64,000 nucleotides of DNA from Desulfosoma sp. (GTDB taxonomy: Bacteria > Desulfobacterota > Syntrophobacteria > Syntrophobacterales > DSM-9756). The notes under the pieces were generated by a model, which worked only from the letters and a program-made list of their open reading frames with translations, was not told the DNA's origin and searched no databases. Numbering within the stretch: position 1 is the stretch's first letter; each line of letters begins with the position of its first letter. A program made the position numbers and the translations under genes. This document shows, in pieces, positions 9,736-18,096 of the stretch. The stretch spans positions 203,503-267,502 of the forward strand of contig JBBFKW010000001.1 in the NCBI GenBank assembly GCA_037481835.1. Direction: 5' to 3'.

Positions 9736-9870
9736 CCTTCTACCTCCTTGAGAGAATGAAAAAACCCGCTCACACACTTTGGCGCCCCCAACCCGATCCG
9801 ACCCCGGCGGCCCTGTGCTTTCCGCCGCCTGCGAAAGCCGAACCCGCCGGCGCGGGGCACCCCCAAAGGC

Positions 9871-10107
9871 CTATTTCATCTTTTCCTCTTCCGCCGCCAC
9901 GTCGTCCACTCCCGGCAGCATGTAAAGGGTCGTGCTGCCGCTGGACCAGTACTTGACCTTGCCTTCCTCCACGAGCTCGTTGATCACCTTCTTGGCTTCC
10001 CGCATCTTGAGTTCGGGGACGGCCTTGCACAGGTCGTTGAAGTAAAGCTTGGTTTTCTTTTGGCTTTTCATGTACTCTAAAATCTTCGCTTTGGCCTCTT
10101 CACTCAT
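9871..10107 (-). CDS. dsrD: DsrD
   Basis: KKTKLYFNDL...LVEEGKVKYWSSGSTTLY is the DsrD signature; AAGGAG RBS. Confidence 0.95.
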   Translation of the reverse strand: MSEEAKAKILEYMKSQKKTKLYFNDLCKAVPELKMREAKKVINELVEEGKVKYWSSGSTTLYMLPGVDDVAAEEEKMK

Positions 10108-10197
10108 GGGTCCTCTCCTTTATGGATGAAAAACACGCACATCGGGGGCCCCCGTGCGCCCCCGCCGATTCTTTCGTCGCGAGACGTGCAAATGAGA

Positions 10198-10215
10198 AAG
10201 TGAACTTATTCACTC
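10198..10215. promoter_or_regulatory. Rex-like operator upstream of dsrD
   Basis: AAGTGAACTTATTCACTC has a perfect GTGAA-N4-TTCAC core and lies just downstream of the putative promoter. Confidence 0.65.
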
Positions 10216-10228
10216 GCAGCCCGACCCC

Positions 10229-10258
10229 TCTATAAACTTGGGTTTCAAGCTTTGTCAA
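10229..10258 (-). promoter_or_regulatory. Putative sigma70 promoter of the dsrDABNC operon
   Basis: Minus strand TTGACA-N18-TATAGA; the -10 box is imperfect. Confidence 0.5.
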
Positions 10259-10438
10259 CAAAAAACCCGGCCGACGGCCCCGCCCCTTTGGAAGGCCTTG
10301 CCGCCCACGCCTTGACAGACCCCCCGGGCCTTGTTAGGTTCCCTGCGCTCGGCCGGTCGGTGGATCGCAAGCCCAAGAAGCCTTCGGCCGGGGCCGGTTC
10401 GATCCGGTTTTTCACTCCCAGACGACACGAGGACGGCC

Positions 10439-11083
10439 ATGTCAGAAACCACTCAGGACGCCAAACAACTCCAATCGGACCTCAACCAATATATCCGCTA
10501 CCTTCGAGAACGCCTCTTCTTTGAACCGGATTCCCCAGTGTTTCACTACAACCTGGGCCTCGCCTACGCCCGAAAAGGGCTTCGAGCCGAAGCCATCGCC
10601 GAATTCCGCCAGGCCATCGCCTGCGACCCGTCCATGGCCCAGGCCTATGTGAACCTGGGGGGGCTTTACTTTCAGGAAGGCGATCTGGACCGATGCATCG
10701 AAGCCAACCTCAAGGCTGTGGCCTTGGACCCCAATCTCGCCATGGCCTACAGCAACCTGGGTTTCGCCTACCTGCAGAAAGGAAACCCCGACGAGGCCAT
10801 CCCGGCGTGCCGAAAAGCGGTGGCGTTGATGCCGAACCTTTTGCAGGCCCACAACAATTTGGCCGTCGCCCACATTCAAAGGGGTGAATGGCGGGAAAGC
10901 GTGGCCGCATCCCTCAAGGTTTTGGAACTCAAGGCGGATTTCGCCCCGGCCCACTTCAACCTGTACGTGGCTTACCAGGCACTGGGCGATGCCGAAAAGG
11001 CCGCCCATCATTTCGCTCGGGCAAAAGCCCTGGGATACCCCGTTGACGAGGAAGAAATCCCGGCGCCACAGCGTGAGCCGTAA
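10439..11083 (+). CDS. Tetratricopeptide repeat protein, divergent from dsrD
   Basis: Five tandem TPR units (HYNLGLAY, YVNLGGLY, YSNLGFAY, HNNLAVAH, HFNLYVAY). Confidence 0.9.
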   Translation: MSETTQDAKQLQSDLNQYIRYLRERLFFEPDSPVFHYNLGLAYARKGLRAEAIAEFRQAIACDPSMAQAYVNLGGLYFQEGDLDRCIEANLKAVALDPNLAMAYSNLGFAYLQKGNPDEAIPACRKAVALMPNLLQAHNNLAVAHIQRGEWRESVAASLKVLELKADFAPAHFNLYVAYQALGDAEKAAHHFARAKALGYPVDEEEIPAPQREP

Positions 11084-11287
11084 CGTCAAGAAGGACGGCG
11101 CCAAAAAGCCGCCAATGGGTTTCAACCGGCTTGAAAAGATGCCTCAGCCGCGATTCCAACGGCCGGCACACCCGTTCCTTGGGAAAGGGACCGCGCATGA
11201 CAAATTCTTTCGCGGTTTCGGAGGCGCCCCATGGACGGCCGGAATGGGCAAGGGGCGAATTTGGGGCAAGACAGAGGAGTCCACACC

Positions 11288-11791
11288 GTGACGATGGGAA
11301 CCGAAACGCCCATGGAAGTGCTCAAAGACCGGTTTGTCGTTTTGGAATACACCGTGACCTTGGAAGACGGGTCGGTGGTTTTGGGGGGAGCCCAACCTGC
11401 AGCCCTGAATTTCGCCGTCGGATACGGGCAGATCCTTCCGGCCTTGGAAGCGCGCCTTCTCGGGCACAGGGAAGGGGAAACACTCCGGTTCGTCATTCCC
11501 GCCGAGGAAGCCTTCGGTTCCTACGAACCCCGCCAGGTGAAGCGCCGTTCCTTTGAGGAGTTTCCTCAGGGGCGCACGCTTCAGCCGGGCAAATGGGTCG
11601 TGGCTTCCAACGATCGCACGGGAGCCCAGTATACCTATTACGTTCAGTCCAAGGATGAGGACGGCGTAGTTTTGGACTTCAACCACCCTTTGGCCGGAAA
11701 AGACCTCCACTATCGCGTGAGCATCGTCAAAGTGCGCGATCTTTTCCCCGAGGAATTGGCGGAATTGCGTCCGTGCAGGACGGAGTCCTGA
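11288..11791 (+). CDS. FKBP-type peptidyl-prolyl isomerase, SlyD-like (no His-rich tail)
   Basis: G.GQILPALE, IPAEEAFG and LDFNHPLAGKDL motifs. Start may be GTG 11288, ATG 11294 or ATG 11312. Confidence 0.88.
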   Translation: MTMGTETPMEVLKDRFVVLEYTVTLEDGSVVLGGAQPAALNFAVGYGQILPALEARLLGHREGETLRFVIPAEEAFGSYEPRQVKRRSFEEFPQGRTLQPGKWVVASNDRTGAQYTYYVQSKDEDGVVLDFNHPLAGKDLHYRVSIVKVRDLFPEELAELRPCRTES

Positions 11792-11798
11792 GCGCCCC

Positions 11799-12134
11799 TC
11801 ATCGGTCGTCTGACCGCGTGCGTTCGAACCAACAGCAAAAAGCCGACACCGCCAGGGCCCTGGGATCGTGCCGCAGGAGCCCTCGGCACAAATCCAGAAG
11901 CTCCTTGTGGTGGCTTTTCAGCCGTTCGTCCTGCCCCTCGGCTTGGTAGAATTCGGCGAGAATCATGGCCGCCTGCACGGCCGTGCCGCTTCGGATCTGT
12001 TCCCGAGGGTCCTTGGGTTCCTGGAAAGGGTCCCAATTTTCGTAGCCCAGCTTCAGGATACGCTTTTGGCCGCGCGGGGACATCTGTTCGAAGATGGCTC
12101 GCTTGCGGCGTTCGTACTCTTCACGATCTTCCAT
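11799..12134 (-). CDS. Hypothetical protein (111 aa)
   Basis: ATG lies 15 nt after the ahbAB stop; protein-like composition with a GYENWDPFQEPKDP motif. Confidence 0.75.
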   Translation of the reverse strand: MEDREEYERRKRAIFEQMSPRGQKRILKLGYENWDPFQEPKDPREQIRSGTAVQAAMILAEFYQAEGQDERLKSHHKELLDLCRGLLRHDPRALAVSAFCCWFERTRSDDR

Positions 12135-12148
12135 AGGCCGTGCTCCCG

Positions 12149-13141
12149 TTACGTGTCCTCCCAAAAGAGCTTGAGCCGGATTTTTTTGAATTCCCGTGTA
12201 CTGAAAAGGATGCGGTAATCCGGAAGTCCCACGGCTGCGGCGAGCCTTTCGGCGATCTGTTCGCATTCCGAGACGCTCCTGCCGTGGATCATGGCATAAA
12301 GGTTAAAAGGCCACTGGGGATGGGCCGGCCTCTGATAACAGTGGCTCACTTCCGGAAAAGCCGCCAAGGCCGCACCGGCGGCGTCGATGCCCGAAAGGTC
12401 GCACCGCCAGACGACCATGCCGTTGGCGCCGAACCCGACCCTGCGGTGGTTGAGCACCGCGGCGAAGCGGCGAATCCAGCTGCGGGCGAGCCATCGGTCG
12501 ATGACGGCCAGAAGTTCTTCGGCGCGCATCCCCAGCACGTCGGCCCAGCTGTGGAAAGGTTGCGGCACCAAGGGCAGGTCCTCTTGGAGACACCGGACCA
12601 GTTTCACGGTGCGCTCCGAAACCTGGAATCGCTCCGTCGAATTCAGGGGCGCTTCGGGAGCGTCCGCTGCACCGGGCTCACTTTCCGAATCCTCCAAGAC
12701 ATCCAGGACCACCGCCAGTTTGTATTTTTTCACCGCCGGGAGGATGAGGGTCGGCCATCCGCCCGCCTTTCGGGCCAGCTGGTCCACGACGGTTTCAAGA
12801 TCCCGGCCGGGAGGCACCGCAATGGTAAACCATAGATTAAATGGGGCCGGGCGAAGATAGTTGTGGCTCACCCCGGGATAAGCGTTGACGGCTTCGGCGG
12901 CCTGTTCCACGCGGGGTTCCGGCACGGCCATGGCGACCAGGCTGCTGTGATAGCCCAGGGCACTGGTGTTGAAAATGGCGCTGATTTGGCGCACCAGCCG
13001 CAAGCCTTTCAGGCTTTCGATGCGCGCCAGGACATCCCTTTCCGTGAGTCCGAGCCTTTCTCCCAACACCGCATAGGGCCGCTCCCCGATGGGGAAAGCC
13101 CGTTGGATCTGATCCAAGAGCCGCCGATCGATGGTATCCAA
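12149..13141 (-). CDS. ahbAB: Fused siroheme decarboxylase AhbA-AhbB (NirDL/GH, Lrp/AsnC-like)
   Basis: Two tandem modules: FPIGERPY...VSHNYLRP..FNLWFT and DLPLVPQPF...VSHCYQRP..WPFNLYAMIH. TTG start with a purine-rich RBS. Confidence 0.88.
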   Translation of the reverse strand: MDTIDRRLLDQIQRAFPIGERPYAVLGERLGLTERDVLARIESLKGLRLVRQISAIFNTSALGYHSSLVAMAVPEPRVEQAAEAVNAYPGVSHNYLRPAPFNLWFTIAVPPGRDLETVVDQLARKAGGWPTLILPAVKKYKLAVVLDVLEDSESEPGAADAPEAPLNSTERFQVSERTVKLVRCLQEDLPLVPQPFHSWADVLGMRAEELLAVIDRWLARSWIRRFAAVLNHRRVGFGANGMVVWRCDLSGIDAAGAALAAFPEVSHCYQRPAHPQWPFNLYAMIHGRSVSECEQIAERLAAAVGLPDYRILFSTREFKKIRLKLFWEDT

Positions 13142-13258
13142 AGAATCCCCTTCCCGCACCGAAACCCTTCGGGTCAAAAGTCGCTTGGGTATCCGCTCCC
13201 TGCCATGATAAACATTTTCGCCGATGGACGCCAAAACCTTTCACCGCCGGAGAGCCCC

Positions 13259-14719
13259 ATGTCCTTGAAAATCCTTTTCTGCGCTTCGGAAGCCACGCCC
13301 TTTGCCAAGACGGGCGGTCTGGCCGACGTGGCCGGATCCCTGCCCGAGGCTCTCACCGCCTTGGGCTGCGATGTTCGGCTCCTCATGCCCCTTTACCCCT
13401 CCGTGGACAGAGGGGAAGACGCCCTGAAGATTCTCGCCGAATGGATCCCCATTCCCGTGGGCATCCAGACGTATCATGTGCACTTTTGGCAGTGGCTGCG
13501 CCCGTCGTCCTATCTGGTTTATTTTATGGAAAAGGACGAATTCTTCCACCGGCCCAACCTCTATGTCCATCCCGTGCGTGGAGACTACGAGGACAACGCC
13601 CAGCGCTTCATCACCTTCTCCCGGGCCGTCTCCGCCCTTTGCAAGCACCTGGACTGGATTCCGGACGTTTTGCACCTTCACGACTGGCAGACGGCGTGCG
13701 CCGCCGCTTACCAGCACTTTCTGTGGCGCTACGATCCGGCTTTTTCCCGCGTGCGAACTCTGTTGACCATCCACAACCTCGCCCATCAGGGTTTGTTCCC
13801 GGAATCCTATTTCTCCCTCACGGGTCTTCCCTCGGAAGCTTATACCATCGACGGCATGGAGTTTTACGGCCAGTGCAACTTCCTCAAGGCGGGCATCGCC
13901 TACAGCCACCGCATTTCCACGGTGAGCCCTCGGTATGCCAAGGAGATCCTCGAACCCAAGCAGGGTTTCGGTTTGGACGGGATTCTACGGCGTCGGCAGG
14001 ATGACCTGGTGGGCATCCTGAACGGCATCGACGCCGATCGATGGGATCCCTCCCGGGACACCCTGATCCCGGCGCCGTTCGATGCCGATCGGTTGGAGGG
14101 CAAGAGGGCGTGCAAAGACCATGTGATGCAGGAGCTGAATTTTCCCCAGGCCGTAAAAGACGATCCCCTGTGCGTCGTCGTCAGCCGTTTGGTGCATCAA
14201 AAAGGGATCGACCTCATCTTGGATGCTCTGGACGACATGATGGATCTTTCCGTCTGCCTTGCCGTTTTGGGAACCGGCGATCCTCATCTGGAGAAACTGC
14301 TGGGACAGGCCCAGTCGCGCCATCCGGAGCGCCTCCGGGTGGTTGTTGCCTTCGACGAAGGCTTGGCCCATCGGTTGGAAGCCGGCGGCGACCTCTTCCT
14401 CATGCCGTCCCGTTACGAACCATGCGGCCTGAATCAGATGTACAGCATGCGCTACGGCACCATTCCCATCGTGGCCGCTACGGGCGGTCTGGACGATTCC
14501 GTCGTGGATGCCGTCCAAAACCCTCACACGGGCACCGGCTTCAAGTTCTATGAACACTCTCGGGAGGCTTTCCTTGGGGCCTTGAAAGCGGCTCTGGAGG
14601 CCTACAGGGACGCCGGCCGGTGGCGCGATATGCAGCGCAGGGCCATGAGCGAGGATTTCAGCTGGCGCCGCGCCGCCCGATCCTACCTGACCCTCTATGA
14701 AGACATGCTGTCCCGATAG
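13259..14719 (+). CDS. glgA: Glycogen synthase
   Basis: KTGGLADV, HLHDWQT, TIHNLAHQG, GILNGID and MPSRYEPCGLNQMY motifs. Confidence 0.96.
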   Translation: MSLKILFCASEATPFAKTGGLADVAGSLPEALTALGCDVRLLMPLYPSVDRGEDALKILAEWIPIPVGIQTYHVHFWQWLRPSSYLVYFMEKDEFFHRPNLYVHPVRGDYEDNAQRFITFSRAVSALCKHLDWIPDVLHLHDWQTACAAAYQHFLWRYDPAFSRVRTLLTIHNLAHQGLFPESYFSLTGLPSEAYTIDGMEFYGQCNFLKAGIAYSHRISTVSPRYAKEILEPKQGFGLDGILRRRQDDLVGILNGIDADRWDPSRDTLIPAPFDADRLEGKRACKDHVMQELNFPQAVKDDPLCVVVSRLVHQKGIDLILDALDDMMDLSVCLAVLGTGDPHLEKLLGQAQSRHPERLRVVVAFDEGLAHRLEAGGDLFLMPSRYEPCGLNQMYSMRYGTIPIVAATGGLDDSVVDAVQNPHTGTGFKFYEHSREAFLGALKAALEAYRDAGRWRDMQRRAMSEDFSWRRAARSYLTLYEDMLSR

Positions 14720-14754
14720 CGGGGGCCCCTCGTAAAGACAAAGGAGACGACCGA

Positions 14755-15825
14755 ATGAACGACCTGAACGTGTATGAGAAACTCGCGCGACATCTCGACC
14801 GCCTTCCCGCAGGATTTCCCCGCACTGAGTCCGGCGTGGAACTCAAGATTTTGCAAAAACTTTTTACTCCCGAAGAGGCTCGACTGGCCGTGTTGCTTAC
14901 CCTGAAGCCGGAACCCGTCCAAAGCGTCGCCGAACGTGCCGGCACACCTGCCGACGAGCTGGCCCCCAAGCTGGAAGAGATGGCCCGAAAAGGGCTCATC
15001 TTTCGCCTCCGCAAAGGCAACGAGGCTCGCTACATGGCGGCCCAGTTCGTCATCGGCATCTGGGAATATCACGTCAACGCCCTAGACGAGGAACTCATCG
15101 CTCTCGTCAACGAATACATCCCGGTGTTCTTCGAAAAGAGCATGGCCCTCAAGACCCCGCAGCTGAGAACCATCCCTCTGCCCCGTTCCATCACGCCGGA
15201 ACAGAGCGTCATGCCATACGAAGAAGCACGGCGCATCATCGCCGAGCAGGACAAAATCGTGGTCGCCCCGTGCATCTGCCGCAAGGAGCATGCCATGGTG
15301 GGCAAGGGCTGTGAGCGCCCCTTGGAAACCTGCCTCGTTTTCGGCAGCGGCGCCCGATACTACGAAGACAACGGCCTGGGGCGCCCCATCGACCAGGACG
15401 AGGCGCTCAAGATCTTGCAGATGGCTGAAGAACACGCCCTGGTCCTTCAACCCTCCAACGCCCAAAAGGTCATGAACATCTGCCTGTGCTGCGGCTGCTG
15501 CTGCCAGATTCTGAAAAACCTCAAACGCCTCCCCAGGCCCGCCGATTTCGTCGTGAGCAATTTCTTCGCCCGAGTCCGGCAGGACGATTGCATCGGATGC
15601 GAAACATGCGTGGAACGCTGCCAGATGGAGGCTATCACCATGGTGGATGGGACGGCCCACGTGGCTCAGGAGCGCTGCATCGGCTGCGGGGTGTGCGTGC
15701 CTACCTGTCCCGAAGACGCCATCGCTTTGGAACCCAAGCCGGAAGAACAGAAAAAGACACCGCCCGCTCACCCCTTCGACCTTTACAAGATCATGGCCAT
15801 GCAGCGCATGGCGGCCGGCGGGTAA
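14755..15825 (+). CDS. 4Fe-4S binding protein with an N-terminal winged-helix-like region and a CxCCxCCC motif
   Basis: PCICR, ICLCCGCCCQ and two ferredoxin motifs (CIGCETCVERC, CIGCGVCVPTC). Confidence 0.85.
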   Translation: MNDLNVYEKLARHLDRLPAGFPRTESGVELKILQKLFTPEEARLAVLLTLKPEPVQSVAERAGTPADELAPKLEEMARKGLIFRLRKGNEARYMAAQFVIGIWEYHVNALDEELIALVNEYIPVFFEKSMALKTPQLRTIPLPRSITPEQSVMPYEEARRIIAEQDKIVVAPCICRKEHAMVGKGCERPLETCLVFGSGARYYEDNGLGRPIDQDEALKILQMAEEHALVLQPSNAQKVMNICLCCGCCCQILKNLKRLPRPADFVVSNFFARVRQDDCIGCETCVERCQMEAITMVDGTAHVAQERCIGCGVCVPTCPEDAIALEPKPEEQKKTPPAHPFDLYKIMAMQRMAAGG

Positions 15826-15846
15826 AAGAGGGCGATTTTCGGAGGA

Positions 15847-16590
15847 TCACAACGGGTAGACGTTTCCCGATTCCAGGATTCTCCAGCCGCTTCGGGTTTC
15901 GCCGAGGAGGAGGTTGATCTGCCAGCCCACCTTGCAATGGTCGGTGATGATCTTGGGCACTTTGACTTCCAGAAGGCCGGTATCCAAAGTCAGGCCGGAA
16001 AGGATGAGCACTCCCGGGCGGATCTCTTCAACGACAAAGTAGTCGTCCAGCTCTTCGTCCCAGGTGCGGGGCGGGTGGGTTTGGGCGAAATCGTAAAGCA
16101 GCCGGGCGAGGCGTTCCGCAGCGGGGAGTTCCCGGGACGCCTCCCCGGCCAGATCCATGGCCTTGCGGGCCTCTTCCTTGGGGGCATAGCCCTTGGCCAC
16201 GAGCCACTTCATGAGCGCCTTGGTGACTGTGCCGGCGGCTCGAAGGAGGGATTCGGAAGCCATCACCTTCCGGATCATAAAATAGGTCAGGAACGTGGAC
16301 ACGCCGGAAGGGATCTTGTCCGGACCGAAGATGGCGCAGAAGGTCTGGTCTTTGTAATCGACCAGGCGGCGGTACAATGTATTTTCTCCGGCGGTGGGCA
16401 GTTCCTGGTAGCCGTACAGGTTCAAGGAGGTGTGCAGGAGTGAAATGACCTCCTCGTAACGGCGGACGGTCTGCGGTTTCCACCGCGCTTTTTGTTCAGC
16501 GAGAAATTCGGCGAAGATGTCCTCAATGTTGGGCTTCGCCACCGTAGGAAAAGAAATGATGTTGCCCTTGGCTTGTGCTTCGTTTTTCAT
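15847..16590 (-). CDS. Hypothetical protein; N-terminus resembles a tyrosine-recombinase core-binding (SAM-like) domain
   Basis: Long ORF with normal codon use. FAEFLAEQKARWKPQTVRRYEEVI...LMKWLVAKGY helical pattern; no R-H-R-Y catalytic motifs. Confidence 0.7.
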   Translation of the reverse strand: MKNEAQAKGNIISFPTVAKPNIEDIFAEFLAEQKARWKPQTVRRYEEVISLLHTSLNLYGYQELPTAGENTLYRRLVDYKDQTFCAIFGPDKIPSGVSTFLTYFMIRKVMASESLLRAAGTVTKALMKWLVAKGYAPKEEARKAMDLAGEASRELPAAERLARLLYDFAQTHPPRTWDEELDDYFVVEEIRPGVLILSGLTLDTGLLEVKVPKIITDHCKVGWQINLLLGETRSGWRILESGNVYPL

Positions 16591-16644
16591 CGACACCCCG
16601 TAACCCACTCGTGAAATGACCGCCTTTCCCTGAAGGCTAGCCGC

Positions 16645-16974
16645 TTATACCTTCCTTCCGCAATAAGGGCAATATGCAAAAGAGGGATCCAACACTTTGT
16701 CACACGAAGGACACCGAAATTCCACGAATTTGGGTGTTGCCTGCGGGGAAGGGGATCCTCGCAGGGCCTCTTCCGGCGAGGCCACAGAGCCGCACCGATC
16801 GCAGATGAGCACCGGGTCGCCCTTTTTGACTGGAAAGAGCGGGATGAAGAACAGGCTGAGGTAATGGTCGATGCGTTTCAAGCGCGCTCGGGCCAACCCG
16901 CAGGCCGGGCACAGCCGCGGGGTTTCATCCAGCGTCTTGATCTTGGGCTGGATCCCTCCAATGAAAAAGAACAC
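16645..16974 (-). CDS. Zinc-ribbon domain protein
   Basis: MFFFIGG, CPACG, SLFFIPLFPV, CDRCG, CPSC and CPYCG motifs. Confidence 0.85.
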   Translation of the reverse strand: MFFFIGGIQPKIKTLDETPRLCPACGLARARLKRIDHYLSLFFIPLFPVKKGDPVLICDRCGSVASPEEALRGSPSPQATPKFVEFRCPSCDKVLDPSFAYCPYCGRKV

Positions 16975-16998
16975 GCTCCCTCGTCCTCCGCGCCGATC

Positions 16999-18045
16999 CT
17001 AGACGTTGAACCGAAAATGGATGATATCGCCGTCCTTGACGGGGTAGTCCCGCCCTTCCAACCGGACCCATCCTTGTTTTCGGGCCGCCGCATAATCTCC
17101 GGCCTTCTTGAGATCTTCGTAGGCCACCACTTCGGCCCGAATGAAACCCTTTTTCATGTCGGAATGGATCACTCCGGCGGCTTCCACGGCGGGAAGGCCT
17201 TCCGGGATGGTCCAGGCTTTGACTTCATCGTCGCCGACCGTGAAAAACGTCCCCAATCCCAAGAGGCGAAAAGATCGCCGGATGACGCGCGCCATGGCCG
17301 ATTCGTCGATGCCGTAGTCCTGCCGGAAGACGGCCGCGTCGGCTTCGCTGAGCTGCGCCATTTCCATTTCGAGCCGCCCCCGGATGACCATGACGTCCTC
17401 GGATTCTTGAAAATCTTCGGGCACGGCGGGGTCGTCATCGTCGTTGTTTAGCAAAACGAGCACGGGCTTTGCCGAAAGGAAGGTGTATCCTTTGAGTTCC
17501 GGCGCCGCCGCAAGGTTTGGATCGGTCCGCAAGGGCTTTTCTTCGTTGAGCAACGCGGCGCACCGCTGGAGAAGTTCCAGTTCCGCAGCCGCCGTTTTAC
17601 GTCCCTTTTTCTGTTCCGCCTCCATCCGTTCCAGGCGCTTTTCCACCGTGGCCAGATCCGCCAGGATGAATTCTTCCTCCAATTCGCGCACATCCCGAGC
17701 GGGTCGAGGCGGGCCGAGGACGGGGTCTGGAAAGTTTCGGACCACCATGAGAAAAGCTTCCACGGGCCGCATGTGGGTGAGCAGCAGCGCCATGTAGTCC
17801 TTTTTCTTTTCCGCGACTCCGGCAATCCCTTGAAGATCCGTGTAGGTGACCTGGGCGGGGGTCTTCTTCCGAGGGTTGTAGAGGGCTGTGAGCCAGTCCA
17901 GGCGTGGGTCGGGAACGGGAACCACGCCCAAGACCGGCACGACCTGCCCGGACACGGCGGGCGCTTCCCCGGTGCGTTGGGTCAGAGCGTTAAAGACAGT
18001 GGTTTTGCCCGATCTGCCAAGGCCCACAATGCCCAATTTCATCAA
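16999..18045 (-). CDS. ychF: YchF/Ola1-family ATPase (divergent)
   Basis: VPVPDPRL, KKTPA, ILADL, TFFTVG, AAGVIHSD.KKGFIRAEV and RLEGRDY.VKDGDIIHFRFNV motifs. Confidence 0.9.
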   Translation of the reverse strand: MMKLGIVGLGRSGKTTVFNALTQRTGEAPAVSGQVVPVLGVVPVPDPRLDWLTALYNPRKKTPAQVTYTDLQGIAGVAEKKKDYMALLLTHMRPVEAFLMVVRNFPDPVLGPPRPARDVRELEEEFILADLATVEKRLERMEAEQKKGRKTAAAELELLQRCAALLNEEKPLRTDPNLAAAPELKGYTFLSAKPVLVLLNNDDDDPAVPEDFQESEDVMVIRGRLEMEMAQLSEADAAVFRQDYGIDESAMARVIRRSFRLLGLGTFFTVGDDEVKAWTIPEGLPAVEAAGVIHSDMKKGFIRAEVVAYEDLKKAGDYAAARKQGWVRLEGRDYPVKDGDIIHFRFNV

Positions 18046-18096
18046 CCCGCTCCCTCGGTCTTGCCCCTTTTGGCGCTCCCTTGCATAATTGTTTTT

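Noticed and set aside
12149..13141. AsnC/Lrp transcriptional regulator call
   Set aside because: The VSHNY.R and VSHCY.R motifs in two tandem modules indicate siroheme decarboxylase.
15847..16590. Phage integrase or prophage boundary
   Set aside because: No catalytic R-H-R-Y residues, no att-like repeats or tRNA, and no phage genes nearby.
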